Assembly (NCBI RefSeq): GCF_964355755.1
Contig: NC_092676.1
Span: 9,401,888 to 9,465,887, forward strand
DNA length: 64,000 nucleotides
Source of the DNA: Antedon mediterranea
Lineage: Eukaryota > Animalia > Echinodermata
Direction: 5' to 3'
Shown here: positions 52,801 through 64,000 of the stretch, piece by piece
Layout of the letters: each line of letters opens with the position of its first letter
Numbering within the stretch: the first letter of the stretch is position 1
Program-made: the position numbers and the translations under genes
The notes under the pieces: generated by a model
Databases searched by the model: none
Seen by the model: the letters and a program-made list of their open reading frames with translations, nothing else
Told to the model about the DNA's origin: nothing

Positions 52801-53759
52801 AACATCGACGCTAAAGACACACAAGTTGTTCAGCTTACTTTTGAGGAATTTGAACTCGAGGAGGGAGGACCAACTTGTGAATATGATTACTTGCAGGTAA
52901 ATTACGTAGTCTCTCTTTAAAATTCCGGTTGAGGGTGATAATGTTCATATATCTTGGAGAAGTTACATGTTCTACTTCTACACGTTCTTATTGTAAATAC
53001 TGTATATATGAAAAAAAAAGATAAGTCGTCGAGATGTGTTCTGTACGATTTTAAATTACCCTCGTTTCATTTTACATAAATTGTTCAGTCGATATCCTTG
53101 TGTTTAGTTTTTCTGACATGAAAACAAGGCATACAAACATAAGGGTAAGAAGTACGCATCTACTGTAGAGTATAAAGGCCAATTTACATAGACGAGCGGT
53201 GTACGCATCTACTGTAGAGTATAAAGGCCAATTTACATAGACGAGCGGTTAACGATAATATAGAATCTATGTTATTCCTTATGACCATTTTTACACAAAG
53301 CGCGGAGTGCAGTGGGGATAGATACAGATTGTACGTTGGACAAGCTACGCGGTTCACCTTAATTATTTAAAAATAGATTACATTACCATGCTCTTTCATT
53401 TTTAGATTACACAAAGTGTAGACGGTCAAAGCTACAAATTGTGTGGTTCCAAATCAAAGATGGTTTTGCAATTACAAGGTGAGATCAAACTCCTCTTTCA
53501 TAGCGATGGATCAAACACTGCTAAAGGCTACAAAGCATCTTACAAAATCCTCAGAAGACGCAAGAAGAGATCCGACTTAGAAACAACACTGAAGGAACTG
53601 GGCGACGACGTCACTAAAATTCAAATGAAGCCAGAAGAAGCGTTGAATGGAATAGAAGCAGATAACGTTAAGTTACCACCAGAAGCTGATACGAATGACA
53701 GGTTTGGAGATGAGGTTGTCACCATCCAGATGAAGCCTGAGGAAGCTGTACAAGCTTAG
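34894..53759 (+). CDS. ADAMTS13: ADAMTS13-like metalloprotease, copy B (complete; 25 exons, ~1215 aa)
   Basis: Exons 34894-34968 (signal peptide [23 protein letters not shown]), 36483-36543, 36968-37099, 38455-38600, 38801-39005, 41132-41247, 42220-42303, 42715-42839, 43371-43529, 43791-43925, 44314-44464, 45027-45122, 45743-45894, 46355-46418, 46695-46800, 46949-47094, 47445-47565, 47678-47755, 50553-50707, 50869-51153, 51475-51622, 51790-51977, 52064-52238, 52706-52896, 53406-53759; 3648 nt, in frame. Pro-domain [26 protein letters not shown], same intron positions as copy [14 protein letters not shown] and [10 protein letters not shown] resemble ADAMTS13 CEKTQLEFMSQQC and VYRRYGEEYG. Confidence 0.92.
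36120..36365. repeat. Degenerate short-period tandem repeat (CTATCGATTAAT-like)
   Basis: A dozen or more copies of ctatcgattaatc/ctattgattaatc variants. Confidence 0.7.
37504..38034. mobile_element. Kolobok-like MITE, second copy
   Basis: Same TIRs and internal sequence as 17157-17700, TTAA flanks. A shorter relative lies at ~36591-36882 and an orphan right end at ~21466-21480. Confidence 0.75.
41898..42180 (+). mobile_element. Inverted-repeat element containing a minimal hammerhead core (Penelope-like)
   Basis: ~52-bp IRs (41898-41950 / 42126-42180), perfect 19-bp hairpin at 41949-41990, and CTGATGA-T-GAGAA-TAGT-TTCTC-GAAA-CATG-TC at 42091-42122. Confidence 0.6.
46459..46581. mobile_element. 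PIF/Harbinger-like MITE family (other copies ~35284-35429, ~44843-44997, ~58347-58482)
   Basis: TIR AG(A/C)TCTGTCTACACTATCAAA with TAA/TTA flanks; shared core GGACATGATGATGTCATATCACTACCATATTTG. Confidence 0.7.
48027..50525 (+). mobile_element. Non-autonomous Helitron (outer copy)
   Basis: A|TCTATATATAAA at 48027; 3' hairpin GATGGTACGC..GCGTACCATC-TAG|T ending 50525; no TSD. Confidence 0.8.
48947..50137 (-). mobile_element. Non-autonomous Helitron (inner copy, same family, opposite strand)
   Basis: TC 5' end at 50137, CTAG 3' end at 48947; inserted at an A|T site of the outer copy. Confidence 0.8.
53152..53249. repeat. Perfect 49-bp tandem duplication
   Basis: GTACGCATCTACTGTAGAGTATAAAGGCCAATTTACATAGACGAGCGGT x2. 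Confidence 0.9.
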
Positions 53760-55399
53760 TTGCTGCAGTTGTCAATTAACAATTTCTTGAATTCTACACT
53801 ACAGTATATCGCTATATTGTCAAGTTTATTTATTCTAACATAGATATAAGAAATACAAACCGCTTTGTTTACAAATAATAATACCTATCCCTGATGGTTG
53901 ACCTTAATGTTCAAATGCCTCGTTTATTTCAATAGACGCTGTCCCTTTAATTGGGTGTTTCTTTAATAGGAGTGTCCCCCTAAATATAGGTGTGTCCTCT
54001 GAATATAGGGGTGTCCCCTAAATATACTGTAGCAGTGTCCAAAGAGTTCGATATTTAATTGGTTAATACAGTAAATCAAAAATTGTATAAACTTTTAATG
54101 CTTTTGTTTTCAAATGCAATCTATGCTACACCAATTACAAACATTCGTCAATAGAGTACATAATTCAAATGTATTTATTTTCAGTACATTAATGTAAAAC
54201 AATAACATACATAAATAAAATAAATAAATGTATCAATACTTAGTTTAACAAATATACATGTGAACGTATACCCTAAATGTGAAATAATGTTTAGTTTGTA
54301 AGAAACCAACACTACTATTAATTTATGAATATAAATTATTATCTAAATTATTATCAAATAATGTTTTAAAAAATTAGAAAACAAGATATAATCACTTACT
54401 GTGCCAATTGTAATTTATTTTAAACATGTAGTTGAATTATTTTGTACAGTATAGTAAAAATATTATTAAACCTATTTTCAGTATGCACTGTATACAAACT
54501 ATGAAAAACAAATTGCACCATGTATTAATATAACACTAAACTATATTTATTAATTTCTTGTTGATTTAGTATTTTTGCGACCTAAACAATCATGGGTCAT
54601 ATAACTTAGCTTAAAGAAACAATAAATAACTGTAATGTACAGTAGTACTGTCATTTCAAAGTGTGTATATCTGTGGCTGTTGACATGTTAAAACAGTATT
54701 TCATTCGATCATCAAAATCGATGGGACAGAAGAAATGTAGGAAGAAAGTTGTAAATCCGTACTAAACAATAAACGCGCAGACATTTTAGATGTCTCATGC
54801 GGTAGTTAAACTACGAACGTGTCACGAATGTTCACTTTTCATGTTTTTTCCGGTGATTACAACAGTAAAACTACCAACAACAATCACATTGATTGTCATT
54901 TGACAGGAAAATAAGGTAGAAAATTCATATAACTTCAGCAAATGGTAAAATTCAATTCAACTTTTATTTCAGACAATTGTCCATAATTTATGGTATAATA
55001 CATTACAAAAAAAAAAAGATGATGGAGAGAGGACCAAAACTTTTATCTATGATAATGATGTTAGTAAACATGTGATGTTATAGAATATTGTAAAGTATTC
55101 ACCTTATTTCTTTTGTTAAGTATTGGATCAATGGCTAGTGGCTAATCGATGGCTAGCTGTATATCAGCCTGTAATGTAAAATGAATAACTTCATATTTTG
55201 TATTTCTGTTGTAAAATCCTCTTCATTCATTCTGCAACGTTGAGGATACAAAATTTATAATAAAACAAACAGCACCCAAATGTTTTTTTTAAAGCAACGG
55301 TGGACGATGCATGTTGGTGGTGTGTTATAATATAAAATAAAATAATTATATTTATTAGTCAATAAGTTATCATAAAACATGAGGTATTTATCTGTTCAA

Positions 55400-57584
55400 C
55401 TAACCAATTTGAAGTTTTTCTAAGCACCTATCTAGCCATAGTATACTGGCTTGCAAGCTATCATTCTGATAGTGGTTGTTTGTATTCTGGAGGAAATCTC
55501 TGAGCTGTGCATACCGTTGACGTATATCAAAGCCAAGGCTTTTGTGAAGCTTGCGTAGACACACTGGGCAAAGAAAGAGAGGCTGATGGAGTGCTTCCTT
55601 CACTGACTTACTCTCATTCATCGAACATTCAAAGAATAAACAGTGATTCAATCCAAGAAGGTGACATGTTTCATGGCTTGCAACCTGAAGAAAAAAAAAC
55701 ATATTTAAGGTACTGTCTCCTCATGCATGCATTATTATGCAAATTAGAAAGGGTTTACACATGTTTAATACTTAGTAGTGAGAATATATCATGAGTTGAA
55801 GATTGACTGTTCTATTTAAAATGGCGGAGTAGAGTTTAAATTTAAAAAATATGAACATTATATCATTACATAGTTTTATAACACTACTTTTTAAAACTTT
55901 TATTCAATTAATCCGCACCTTCCACACTGAATCAATGCCGAACTCTAGGATGTTGGCCAGGCCATTTAAAAGGTATGGCTTTGATATTTAAATTATTCTT
56001 AAAATTTCAATGTTTACACAAAGTTAAAAGTTCATAGTAGTAGGGCCCTACTGTAGGCTACAGACTCAGTTCAATATCACCATTAAATATCACTTGTTTT
56101 TATTCTTAGGCCTACAAACAACTAATTAATACTGAACAAAATGTCATAAAAAACCTGTAATTAATCAATCAAATGGGAAGGATACAGTAAATTATAACAG
56201 CAATGGTTTTTTAGTCAAATTACTGTAACAGGCAATCAATCAGAAATTTGAATGTGAAACATCTATACAGTTAGATTTATATTGAATATTTTTCTATAAT
56301 AATGTACAGTATTAATATTTTGTTTATAAATTTTGTGTGGCATTTTTCAATGTACTCTACACTTGTCAATTGTATGACCCACTATACGACCTCCGGGAGA
56401 GGTGCGTCATGGGTGCATTTACAAATAAATACCGATGCAGGGGTGCGTAAAAAAACATAGATTGAAGGTACGTCACATCAATGAACAATGGTGTGTCAAT
56501 GTCCGTCACTTTACCACTCAAAATATCATAAACAACATGGTCATAGTGCGTCAAAATGGGTGCCGCGCGTCATGGTCACCTAAAGGTGAGTCACATTTTT
56601 TATGCACAGGTGTGTCATGGTATTCATAATATAAGGTATGACGCACATCGGACAAATGACGCTCCTCTCCCGGGGGTCGTATAGTGGGTCATACAATTGA
56701 CAAGTGCATAATGTAGCAACATAAATTAAAACAAAAGTTTTTTAACTCAAGCGATACCGGTAAATATAATACTTTACCCGTATAAGTTTCCATAAAAGTT
56801 GACCATCCAATGCTAACTTGTTTTCATCCGTAATTCCTTTATTGGCATTGTCACCATCTGGTGTGCTTACGTATGACTTAGGCTCATACCTGCCAAACCC
56901 GAACACTGCACATCTACAGCTGTACGAGGCCTCCCCGAGCACAAAATTCAACTCTTCTGTTGGATACAGATCAGTCCAGGTCAGGGCTAGAATATAATTT
57001 GATCTTGGGATGTTAAATGATGAATGAAGACTGGAGTACAAATCAGAAACCAGAATCTGTTTTTTGCCTGTAACACTGTGATATCTTGTTTTAAACTTTA
57101 CTTGTGATAAATTATAGTTAGTGGCAAAATTAACATTCATCTCAGAGAAAAATATTTTTAAAAAGTCACACAGCCATTGCAATAACTGTTTATCTCCTAT
57201 TTTAAACTCCTTCACTGATTCTGGCAACATTTCTATGGGTAAAAACATTAAAGTTTTAGGAAATTTCCATTTTCGAATTAAGCCTAAACCAGACACTACG
57301 CCTTTCCACATTGGATATGTCTGCCTACCAACAACAGGAACACAACGTGGCATAAACAGCACATTATTTTTATCACTAGTTTTTCCGGAATCCGTTTTTC
57401 CTATCTTATCCCCAGTACCTAGGCCCAATTCCGGCGAATGGTCTGGCGGAAGCTGCCGTGGTCGCAAACAACAGGCCGATAGCATAAAATAGGCTTGCAA
57501 ACTTGGATCAAAGTTTTTCAGTTTTCCTACCAAATATCGTGCATTCTTTTTATCTGATGACTTGCTTACTGTTTTAAAACTCAT
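55400..57584 (-). CDS. Archaemetzincin (peptidase M54, AMZ1/AMZ2-like), ~363 aa, 2 exons
   Basis: Exon 1 57584-56778 (..KLIR|GTAAAG); exon 2 55684-55400 (CAG|VASH..). Motifs LTWTDLYP.EELNFVLGEA and HETCHLLGLNHC-x4-C-x-M...LCPVCLRKL (catalytic Zn site plus Cys4 zinc finger). Confidence 0.9.
56358..56708. mobile_element. MITE with ~50-bp TIRs in the archaemetzincin intron
   Basis: CACTTGTCAATTGTATGACCCACTATACGACC ... GGTCGTATAGTGGGTCATACAATTGACAAGTG. Confidence 0.75.
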
Positions 57585-57678
57585 AATAAATTAAGTTTCT
57601 ATAGCAACACAATTGGAAATTATGAATAAAGGGGTCAATACGTGAAGCGTAAATCATCAACCAGAACTTTTAATGTTC

Positions 57679-57689
57679 GCGGCCATCTT
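57679..57689 (-). promoter_or_regulatory. YY1-like site near the archaemetzincin start
   Basis: AAGATGGCCGC on the minus strand ~95 nt upstream of the ATG (consensus AAGATGGCGGC). Confidence 0.3.
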
Positions 57690-57749
57690 CAAAATACGTT
57701 GCCAGATCAATTATTCAGTTTGCGCCCAATATATTAAACTTTTCTTTAT

Positions 57750-58050
57750 TATTTTATTTATTTATTTATTTTATGTCTTTAGGCACTGTGGCCAAGGATT
57801 ACCAATAGTGAATTAATCACTGTCCTATCAGATAGGTGGTAATCCCCCTGATACAGAGGCTATTGTGTGAACCAGTTCACCGGGGTAACCCCCTACTCTT
57901 TTTCGAATAATGAACTGGGTTCTTTAAAGTACACACAGGTTATAACTGTGTACACTGGACCTACGGTTTATAGTCCTTATCCGAGAAGACTTGTTCCACC
58001 ACCAGAACTAGGAGCGAGTCGGCCTCGAACCCTTGCCGATGTTGTTGTTG
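57750..58050 (-). mobile_element. Deu/Nin-domain-like SINE
   Basis: Minus strand: B-box GGGTTCGAGGCC, TCTTCTCGGATAAGGACTATAAACCGTAGGTCC, AAAGAACCC..TTCGAAAAGAGTAGGGG, (AAAT)n tail. Confidence 0.65.
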
Positions 58051-58694
58051 GCTCTTTAGGTACGATAAACGAATCAAATTAATTAATTAATTAATTAATT
58101 AATTAATTGATTGATTAAATCAACATGCTTTGTTGTCGGTGTTATATGTATTCATATAACGGTGGTATGAATAATATCTAATAATACTATTTAATCAAAT
58201 CAAAATATACTAAAAACGAATTAATTACTAAACTGTACTAATTCAATAATATTAGATCTTTCTGCACAGGAACGTAAGTTGGGTCTACGTCACTCGAAGA
58301 TAGACGAACAACTACTGTAGTGTAGAGTTGACATGATTGAAACTAAAGCTTTGTATGTATACACTCTCAAACTTTATGTGACAAAGAAAATGTGTTGTGC
58401 CCATATATGGACATGATGATGTCATATCACTACCATATTTGGACATATCACTACCATACTAGTTTGATATTGCAGACAGAGTTTTAAATGTCATGGTCTC
58501 TAAATGGTTTTTTTTTTCTGATTGTTTTACTTTCCAAAATTCTGCCGGGAATTTTGCAAGAGTTTACAATAATACAAGTTGTGTGAATCTCGGTTAAATA
58601 TCTTTAGTAGGCCTAGAGTTCTTGCTTTGATATACGTATCATCACATAGAATTCATTACCTTACCACATTGTTTGAAGCCCAACGCATCACATA

Positions 58695-59295
58695 TAAACA
58701 AGGCCATATAGATGGCTGCAGTCGCGTGCTCATTAGTGTTTACCGACCGACCGACCAACCTACCAACTGACCGAAATTACTGAACATGTTTAAAAATGTT
58801 GAAATGTTTAAAAAAATTTATATTTTTTTAATTTACACGTGCGTAGCCTGTCACTTTTGACGTGCTCGTATAAGGTAATTTCGAGTTGAAAAGTAAGTCA
58901 AGAAAACAGAAATCGGGCAAAAAGAATGCGAAATAACATTTAACGCGCAGTGCGCGCGCAAAAATCTGCGCACTCATGGCAATTTTGTAAACGCTTAAAA
59001 TTGCCTGAAACGTACTCTTATTTCATCGAAAATAAATTTTGAAAACATTACAAACGTGATTTCGTTAAATCGTGCGTAGACCGCGTAATTTTTTATTGCG
59101 CACCGTGAAAACATAACCACATCGATTCCTGGCCATAAGGAATATGCTGTGAAAAATTGACTTAGCTAGATTAAACTGATATCAAGATAAGGTCAGAAAG
59201 CGATAAAACGCATAGTGATACCGGACCGACCGACAGACAGACCGACAGACCGACCGACATAGTGAACTATAGAGTCGCGTCCACGCGACTAAAAA
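58695..59295 (+). mobile_element. Helentron-associated (DINE-1/HINE-like) element
   Basis: (GACC/GACA)n microsatellites and terminal hairpin AGTCGCGT-CC-ACGCGACT followed by AAAAA; related fragments at ~6245-6330 (minus) and ~28735-28790. Confidence 0.55.
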
Positions 59296-59682
59296 TATGA
59301 GAGAGCATATACGAGTATACACTTTGCCTCCTTATTTCACTTAAAGGTAATATTAAATAGGCCTACATTATAAAACAGGGTTAATTATGTCACATGCGTT
59401 GTAGGTCTAAAAACATGCAACCGCAACAGCTTATTGGAGGGAAGGGGAAACCGTGATTAATCAGTTTGTCGTTTGTCAGACTATCTATGAGTCACTAGGT
59501 AGTGAAATCAATTAGGATTTCCTTTAGCAAAAATACTAATTATATTTTACAGCAATAGAGTAATATACAAAGCTGGAACAACAAATGGTGTTTTATAGTC
59601 TGCCGTGGTAATGCTTCTGCGTCTCATATGCACGACAATTGTACGTACTGAAAAATAGGCCTAACGTAATATTGGAAAAAAG

Positions 59683-62600
59683 ATGGAAATTAAAGATAAA
59701 GCTTCAAGCAACACACCAGCCGTCAATACGGTAAAGGTTAGATCGTGTGCGGCAGACACATGTAAAGGATTTCTTTATATGTTCAACTTTTTATTTGGGG
59801 TGAGTACAATAATTAGGTCTAGAGCATGGATAATTAAACATAGTAAAGAGAAGACATCATTATTATCACCTTCTCGCGAACCGAGGGTGGTAATGCTACA
59901 CAATCACCCCCAATTCACAGAGGAAATGACCATAAAAGAGGCAATGTTTTTTCAACTCTTTATCTCCATTCTCAGACGCCTCAACAGCAGATCTAAAACC
60001 TATATTCAGGAGAATTTTAAGGGGGAATGTAACAGTTATGGCCAACCTATTTTAAATGGGACACTTAGTTGGGTCACCAAAATGTCCCCTAAATAAATAG
60101 ATTCTACAGTAGGCCCAGTCTAATCCGATAAGTGAACGTTTTAAAATGTTCTATAACACTAAAACAATACATTTTAATTTCTAAGCTTTCAGGCATAGGC
60201 GCAGTGATAATTGCTGCTAGGGTGTTACGTCATACACTCAGTCTAGATCTTGCCCTTATCATAGATACTCAATTGTATAGACTTGGAGCAGTCATCATTG
60301 TTCTTGCTGGCTGCACAGTCACTGCCACTGCTTTCATTGGAAGTTTAGGGGTAAAACAAGAAAACAAATGCTTCATTATTGCCGTAAGTTCACACATGCT
60401 TAACTAAAAGTATCAAAAGTGGCTCGGTGAGGTTGGGTATCATGCACCGCAAAACAACTTGATTTATTTTGGATAAGATACACATATGCATATTATATGC
60501 TTTATAGATGAGTGGAAATAGACTTTTCAGTCAAACAAATTGCAACAGTTTGTTTTTTTGCTGAAATATTCTCAACTATATGTAGATATTATCATATCCA
60601 AAATCTACCCTGATCTGCCCATTATAAATTACCTAATTTGCATAAAATCAAAATGGCTGCAACTTTGATCCCAATTATCTCTTAAACCATGAAGAATTTG
60701 GTGTAAGAATGTAATGTAACACAAATATAAACATGACCCCAAAGATTCAGAATAATATATTTGATTTGTCTTTGGGGTCAAGGTCAAAGGTCATTCCAGT
60801 TTGACATCTAAAATATGCTAATTATCTCTTAATCCATTAGGTATTTTGAATAAGAATGTATAAGTACAAATATAAATGTGACCCTAAAGATTTAAAATAA
60901 TGTATTTGATTTGTCTTCGGGGTCAAGGTCAAAGGTCACTCCAGTATGGCCTCTAAAATATGCTTATTTCGTAATTCATTAGGTATTTTGAATAAGAATG
61001 TTTAACTATAAGTACAAATATAGGCCTAGACATGACCTTAACGGTTTAGAATAATGTACAGTAATTGAGTTGTATTAGGGTTCAAGGTTCAAAAGGTCAT
61101 CTAATTACACTATATAAAATTTGAAAATAACTCTCAAAACATCAGGTATTTTTAACAAGAATGTATTTAATATAAATATGACCCTAAATATTCAGAATGA
61201 TGGAATTGAGTTGTATATGGGGTCAAAGTCAAATGTCATCTAATTATACCATATAAAATATGCTAATTATCTCGCAAAACATCAGGTATTTTTAACAAGA
61301 ATGTATAAATATGTCTCTAAATATTCAGAAAGATGCAATTGAGTTGTATTGGGTCAAAGTCAAATGTCATCTAATTATGTCATATAAAATATGCTAATTA
61401 TCTCTCAAAACATCAGGTATTTTGAATAAGAATGTATTTAATAGAAATATACAGTAATATGTTCTTATGATTTGCATTTGATTTGTATTGGGTCAAGATA
61501 AATTGTCTTACAATATAAAATACTCTAATTATGAAGTGAATTCATTTCAATTTGGATGATGTACCTATGAACAAATCATATCTATTTTGAAAAGCTCATT
61601 ATTAGGAAAGGTGTTTTAATTGTAAGGAATTACATTTATTATATTTGGTTTATTTTTTAGATTATAGTACACTATGCTAAAATATGTCACACAAAAACTG
61701 GCAATCCTGGCTGGAAGTGTTTAAACTGAAATTATGGGAAAGTGTGGAAACACCTTTACCCTTACAAAATTTGTAACTGTGAAAATGGAGGTCATGTGGT
61801 TCAAACAGTAACCAACCACTTGAAACAGTAAAACCTGACCCTAACATTGGGAAAAGTTAAGTTGTACTAACCAAAGTGGGTGCAGTAGTGAAAGATAACA
61901 GAGACTATGTGAACTAAAAATCTTTAGAACAAGTGTCTATAGTTTACTTTAGTATAAGAACGAGTCCTCTGCTCTCAAATGACACAAATACAGAAAGTAT
62001 AGATACACATTTTTTTTTAAATAGAATCTTTCGTAACACCCTAAATTTTTAAGTTTGAGATGGATGAAAATTTTAAAAAATCCTGCCATTAAAAACAAGT
62101 GTAGTTTGTATTCATATTTAAATATGTTCAAATTTATCTAAACACAAACATTTTAAAGTATCAGTATATATTAGGATTAAGTAACAGTATTTATTAATAC
62201 TTTTATTAGCAAAATGATGCTTCAATCCAGAATTGTAATGAATACAGTAAGACAGTAATGAATACAGTAAGACAGTAATGAATACAGTAAGACAGTAATG
62301 AATATAGTAAGACAGTAAGTCATTGTGATACTTACTAAAGTATACTTTAACAAAACTAGTTCTTTGCAACTGTTGTTGCTTAGTTTAATTGTAGATAATT
62401 TGATTTAAAAAAAATTATGGATGATAATTTAAATGACTAATTATCAGAAAGCTAAGTTTATTGGTCTACTCTGAAGTAATTTTACTGAATTCTCAGTGAA
62501 GCGAGAATTGTCCAGAGTATGGCAAAAACATCTTAAAAAGTAACTCCATTGACGATCGAGTCCGACCCAAGAATTATTTAGACATTTTTGTGACCAATGT

Positions 62601-63832
62601 TTCAGAAATGTAAGGTTATAAGCTTCGTAGGTCTACTAAAGTAGGTATGCCTAAATGTAAAAATAAATGTCAAAATAAGCTATACTGTATGGTATAAAGT
62701 AAATGACCTACTGATACTATGTAAATTTAGTAGTTATAATATTTATAAATAAACAATTTTTTCAAAATTGACCTAGTAATCTCTGGGTGGGAGGGGTGTG
62801 GGCGCAGTGTGCAGACATCAATCTGCTGCAATGTCTACTGTGTATGCTATGTTTTTAGTAGTAGTAAGACTACTAGGGAAATTGATTTAAAGGATAATTT
62901 GAATTTTTTTATATTGTGACCTTTGACCCAGTGACCTCAGGGTAAAATGAAAAATCAAATGTGCTATTCTGAATTTTAAGGGTCATGTTTATATTTGTAC
63001 TTATACATTCTTATTCAAAATACCTAATGGATTAAGAGATAATTAGCATAATTTAGATGTCAAACTGGAATGACCTTTGACCTTGAACCCAAAGACAAAT
63101 CAAATATATTATTCTGAATCTTTGGGGTCATGTTTATATTTGTGTTCAATACATTCTTATACCAAATTCTTTATGGTTTAAGAGATAATTGGGATCAAAG
63201 TTGCAAAATGGCAGCCATTTTGATTTTATACAAATTAAGTTATTTATAATGGGCAGATCAGGGTAGATTTTGGATATGATAATATCTACATATAGTTGAG
63301 CATATTTCAGCAAAAAAAACAAACTGTTGCAATTTGTTTGACTCAACGCCTATTTTTCATCTATTTCCACTCAATCTATTAGGCCCGAGAGGTTAGTGTA
63401 GTGCAACAGTTAATAAAAGTGTTATACAAGTTTCATGAGTTTGACAATAAAGTTTATAGAATTGAATTGAATATACAATAATATGAATGTATGATGTTAA
63501 TGTATAGCATAACCTAAACGTCGTTATCAATGCGCAACACACACTGTTTGAAAGCGGTTCTGGTTAAATTCACCATTACCACACCATAAGTACCTAACCT
63601 CAAAAGAATATTCAATTTAAAGCAAGTCTAGTAATTCCTAATACCACTGAACCAAACAGAAAACCGACAACTTATTTATCTATGTCAGGTCCAAGCGTTC
63701 CCAATATGTCCTAATTTATGCCATAAGAACATTTGTCTTTACGTATTTTTTTTACAGTACATCGTAATGTTAATTGTGGTCTTCGGCATGGTGTTTATAG
63801 CTGGTGTATTTTCAATTGCAATTTACACACGG
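59683..63832 (+). CDS. Tetraspanin family protein (3'-partial, first three coding exons)
   Basis: Exons 59683-59799 (..CKGFLYMFNFLFG|GTGAG), 60186-60383 (LSGIGAVII..FIGSLGVKQENKCFIIA), 63758-63832 (75-nt TM3 exon YIVMLIVVFGMVFIAGVF). TM1-TM3 pattern and the ENKC loop are typical of tetraspanins. Confidence 0.82.
60505..63378. mobile_element. Non-autonomous Academ-like element with long TIRs in the tetraspanin intron
   Basis: TAG...CTA termini, 3-bp TSD TTA, inverted arms of roughly 400 bp (60505-~60930 vs ~62940-63378), ~120-bp subterminal tandem repeats, 20-bp tandem GTAATGAATACAGTAAGACA x4 at 62235-62318. Confidence 0.75.
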
Positions 63833-64000
63833 GTAAGTTTGTCTTTCTTCAGCTTACAGGCCTAACATTGTAAATAACTATAGAGCAACCAGAAACCACA
63901 CTAAAAAAAGAATGTAAATGTCTACATTTATAGTTAAAACAACTACAGGATATTACAAATGGTTAAAAATCAAAATCAAATCAATATTCATTTGCTTAAC

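Noticed and set aside
74-53759. Copies A and B as an uncollapsed haplotype duplication
   Set aside because: Introns, transposon content and many exons are far too divergent for alleles.
57121-57492. 123-aa plus-strand ORF
   Set aside because: Antisense shadow of archaemetzincin exon 1 with no motifs.
59800-60096. Extension of the 137-aa ORF beyond tetraspanin exon 1
   Set aside because: A GTGAGT donor at 59800 ends the exon; the rest is intronic read-through over a repeat relic.
34894-63832. Functional cluster of three metzincins plus a tetraspanin (by analogy to TspanC8-ADAM10)
   Set aside because: Adjacency alone is weak evidence in eukaryotes. ADAMTS is secreted, AMZ has no signal peptide, and the tetraspanin's large loop is outside the window.

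Overview
AT-rich, intron-rich eukaryotic DNA, probably an invertebrate deuterostome such as an echinoderm (inferred from gene content, SINE types and the very frequent TAGGCCTA motif). Five spliced genes were read by eye. (A) The 3' 18 exons of an ADAMTS13-like metalloprotease (+, 74-28244). (B) A two-exon, kinase-domain-only non-RD kinase (+, 30897-32203). (C) A complete 25-exon tandem paralog of the ADAMTS13-like gene (+, 34894-53759, ~1215 aa; signal peptide, pro-domain, M12B, Dis, TSP1, Cys-rich, spacer, 2xTSP1, 2xCUB, plus a unique tail). (D) An archaemetzincin (-, 57584-55400). (E) The first three exons of a tetraspanin (+, from 59683). Introns carry many elements: LINEs (one with a 2A motif), SINEs, Helitrons (one nested in its own family), Academ-, Kolobok-, MULE- and Harbinger-like elements, and hammerhead-ribozyme-like relics. 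The most notable signals are the divergent exosite and active-site loops of the ADAMTS13-like pair, set among near-identical exon blocks, and a putative furin-releasable acidic repeat peptide at the C-terminus of the second copy whose repeats show a signature of protein-level selection. Family assignments rest on recalled motifs; no database search was run.
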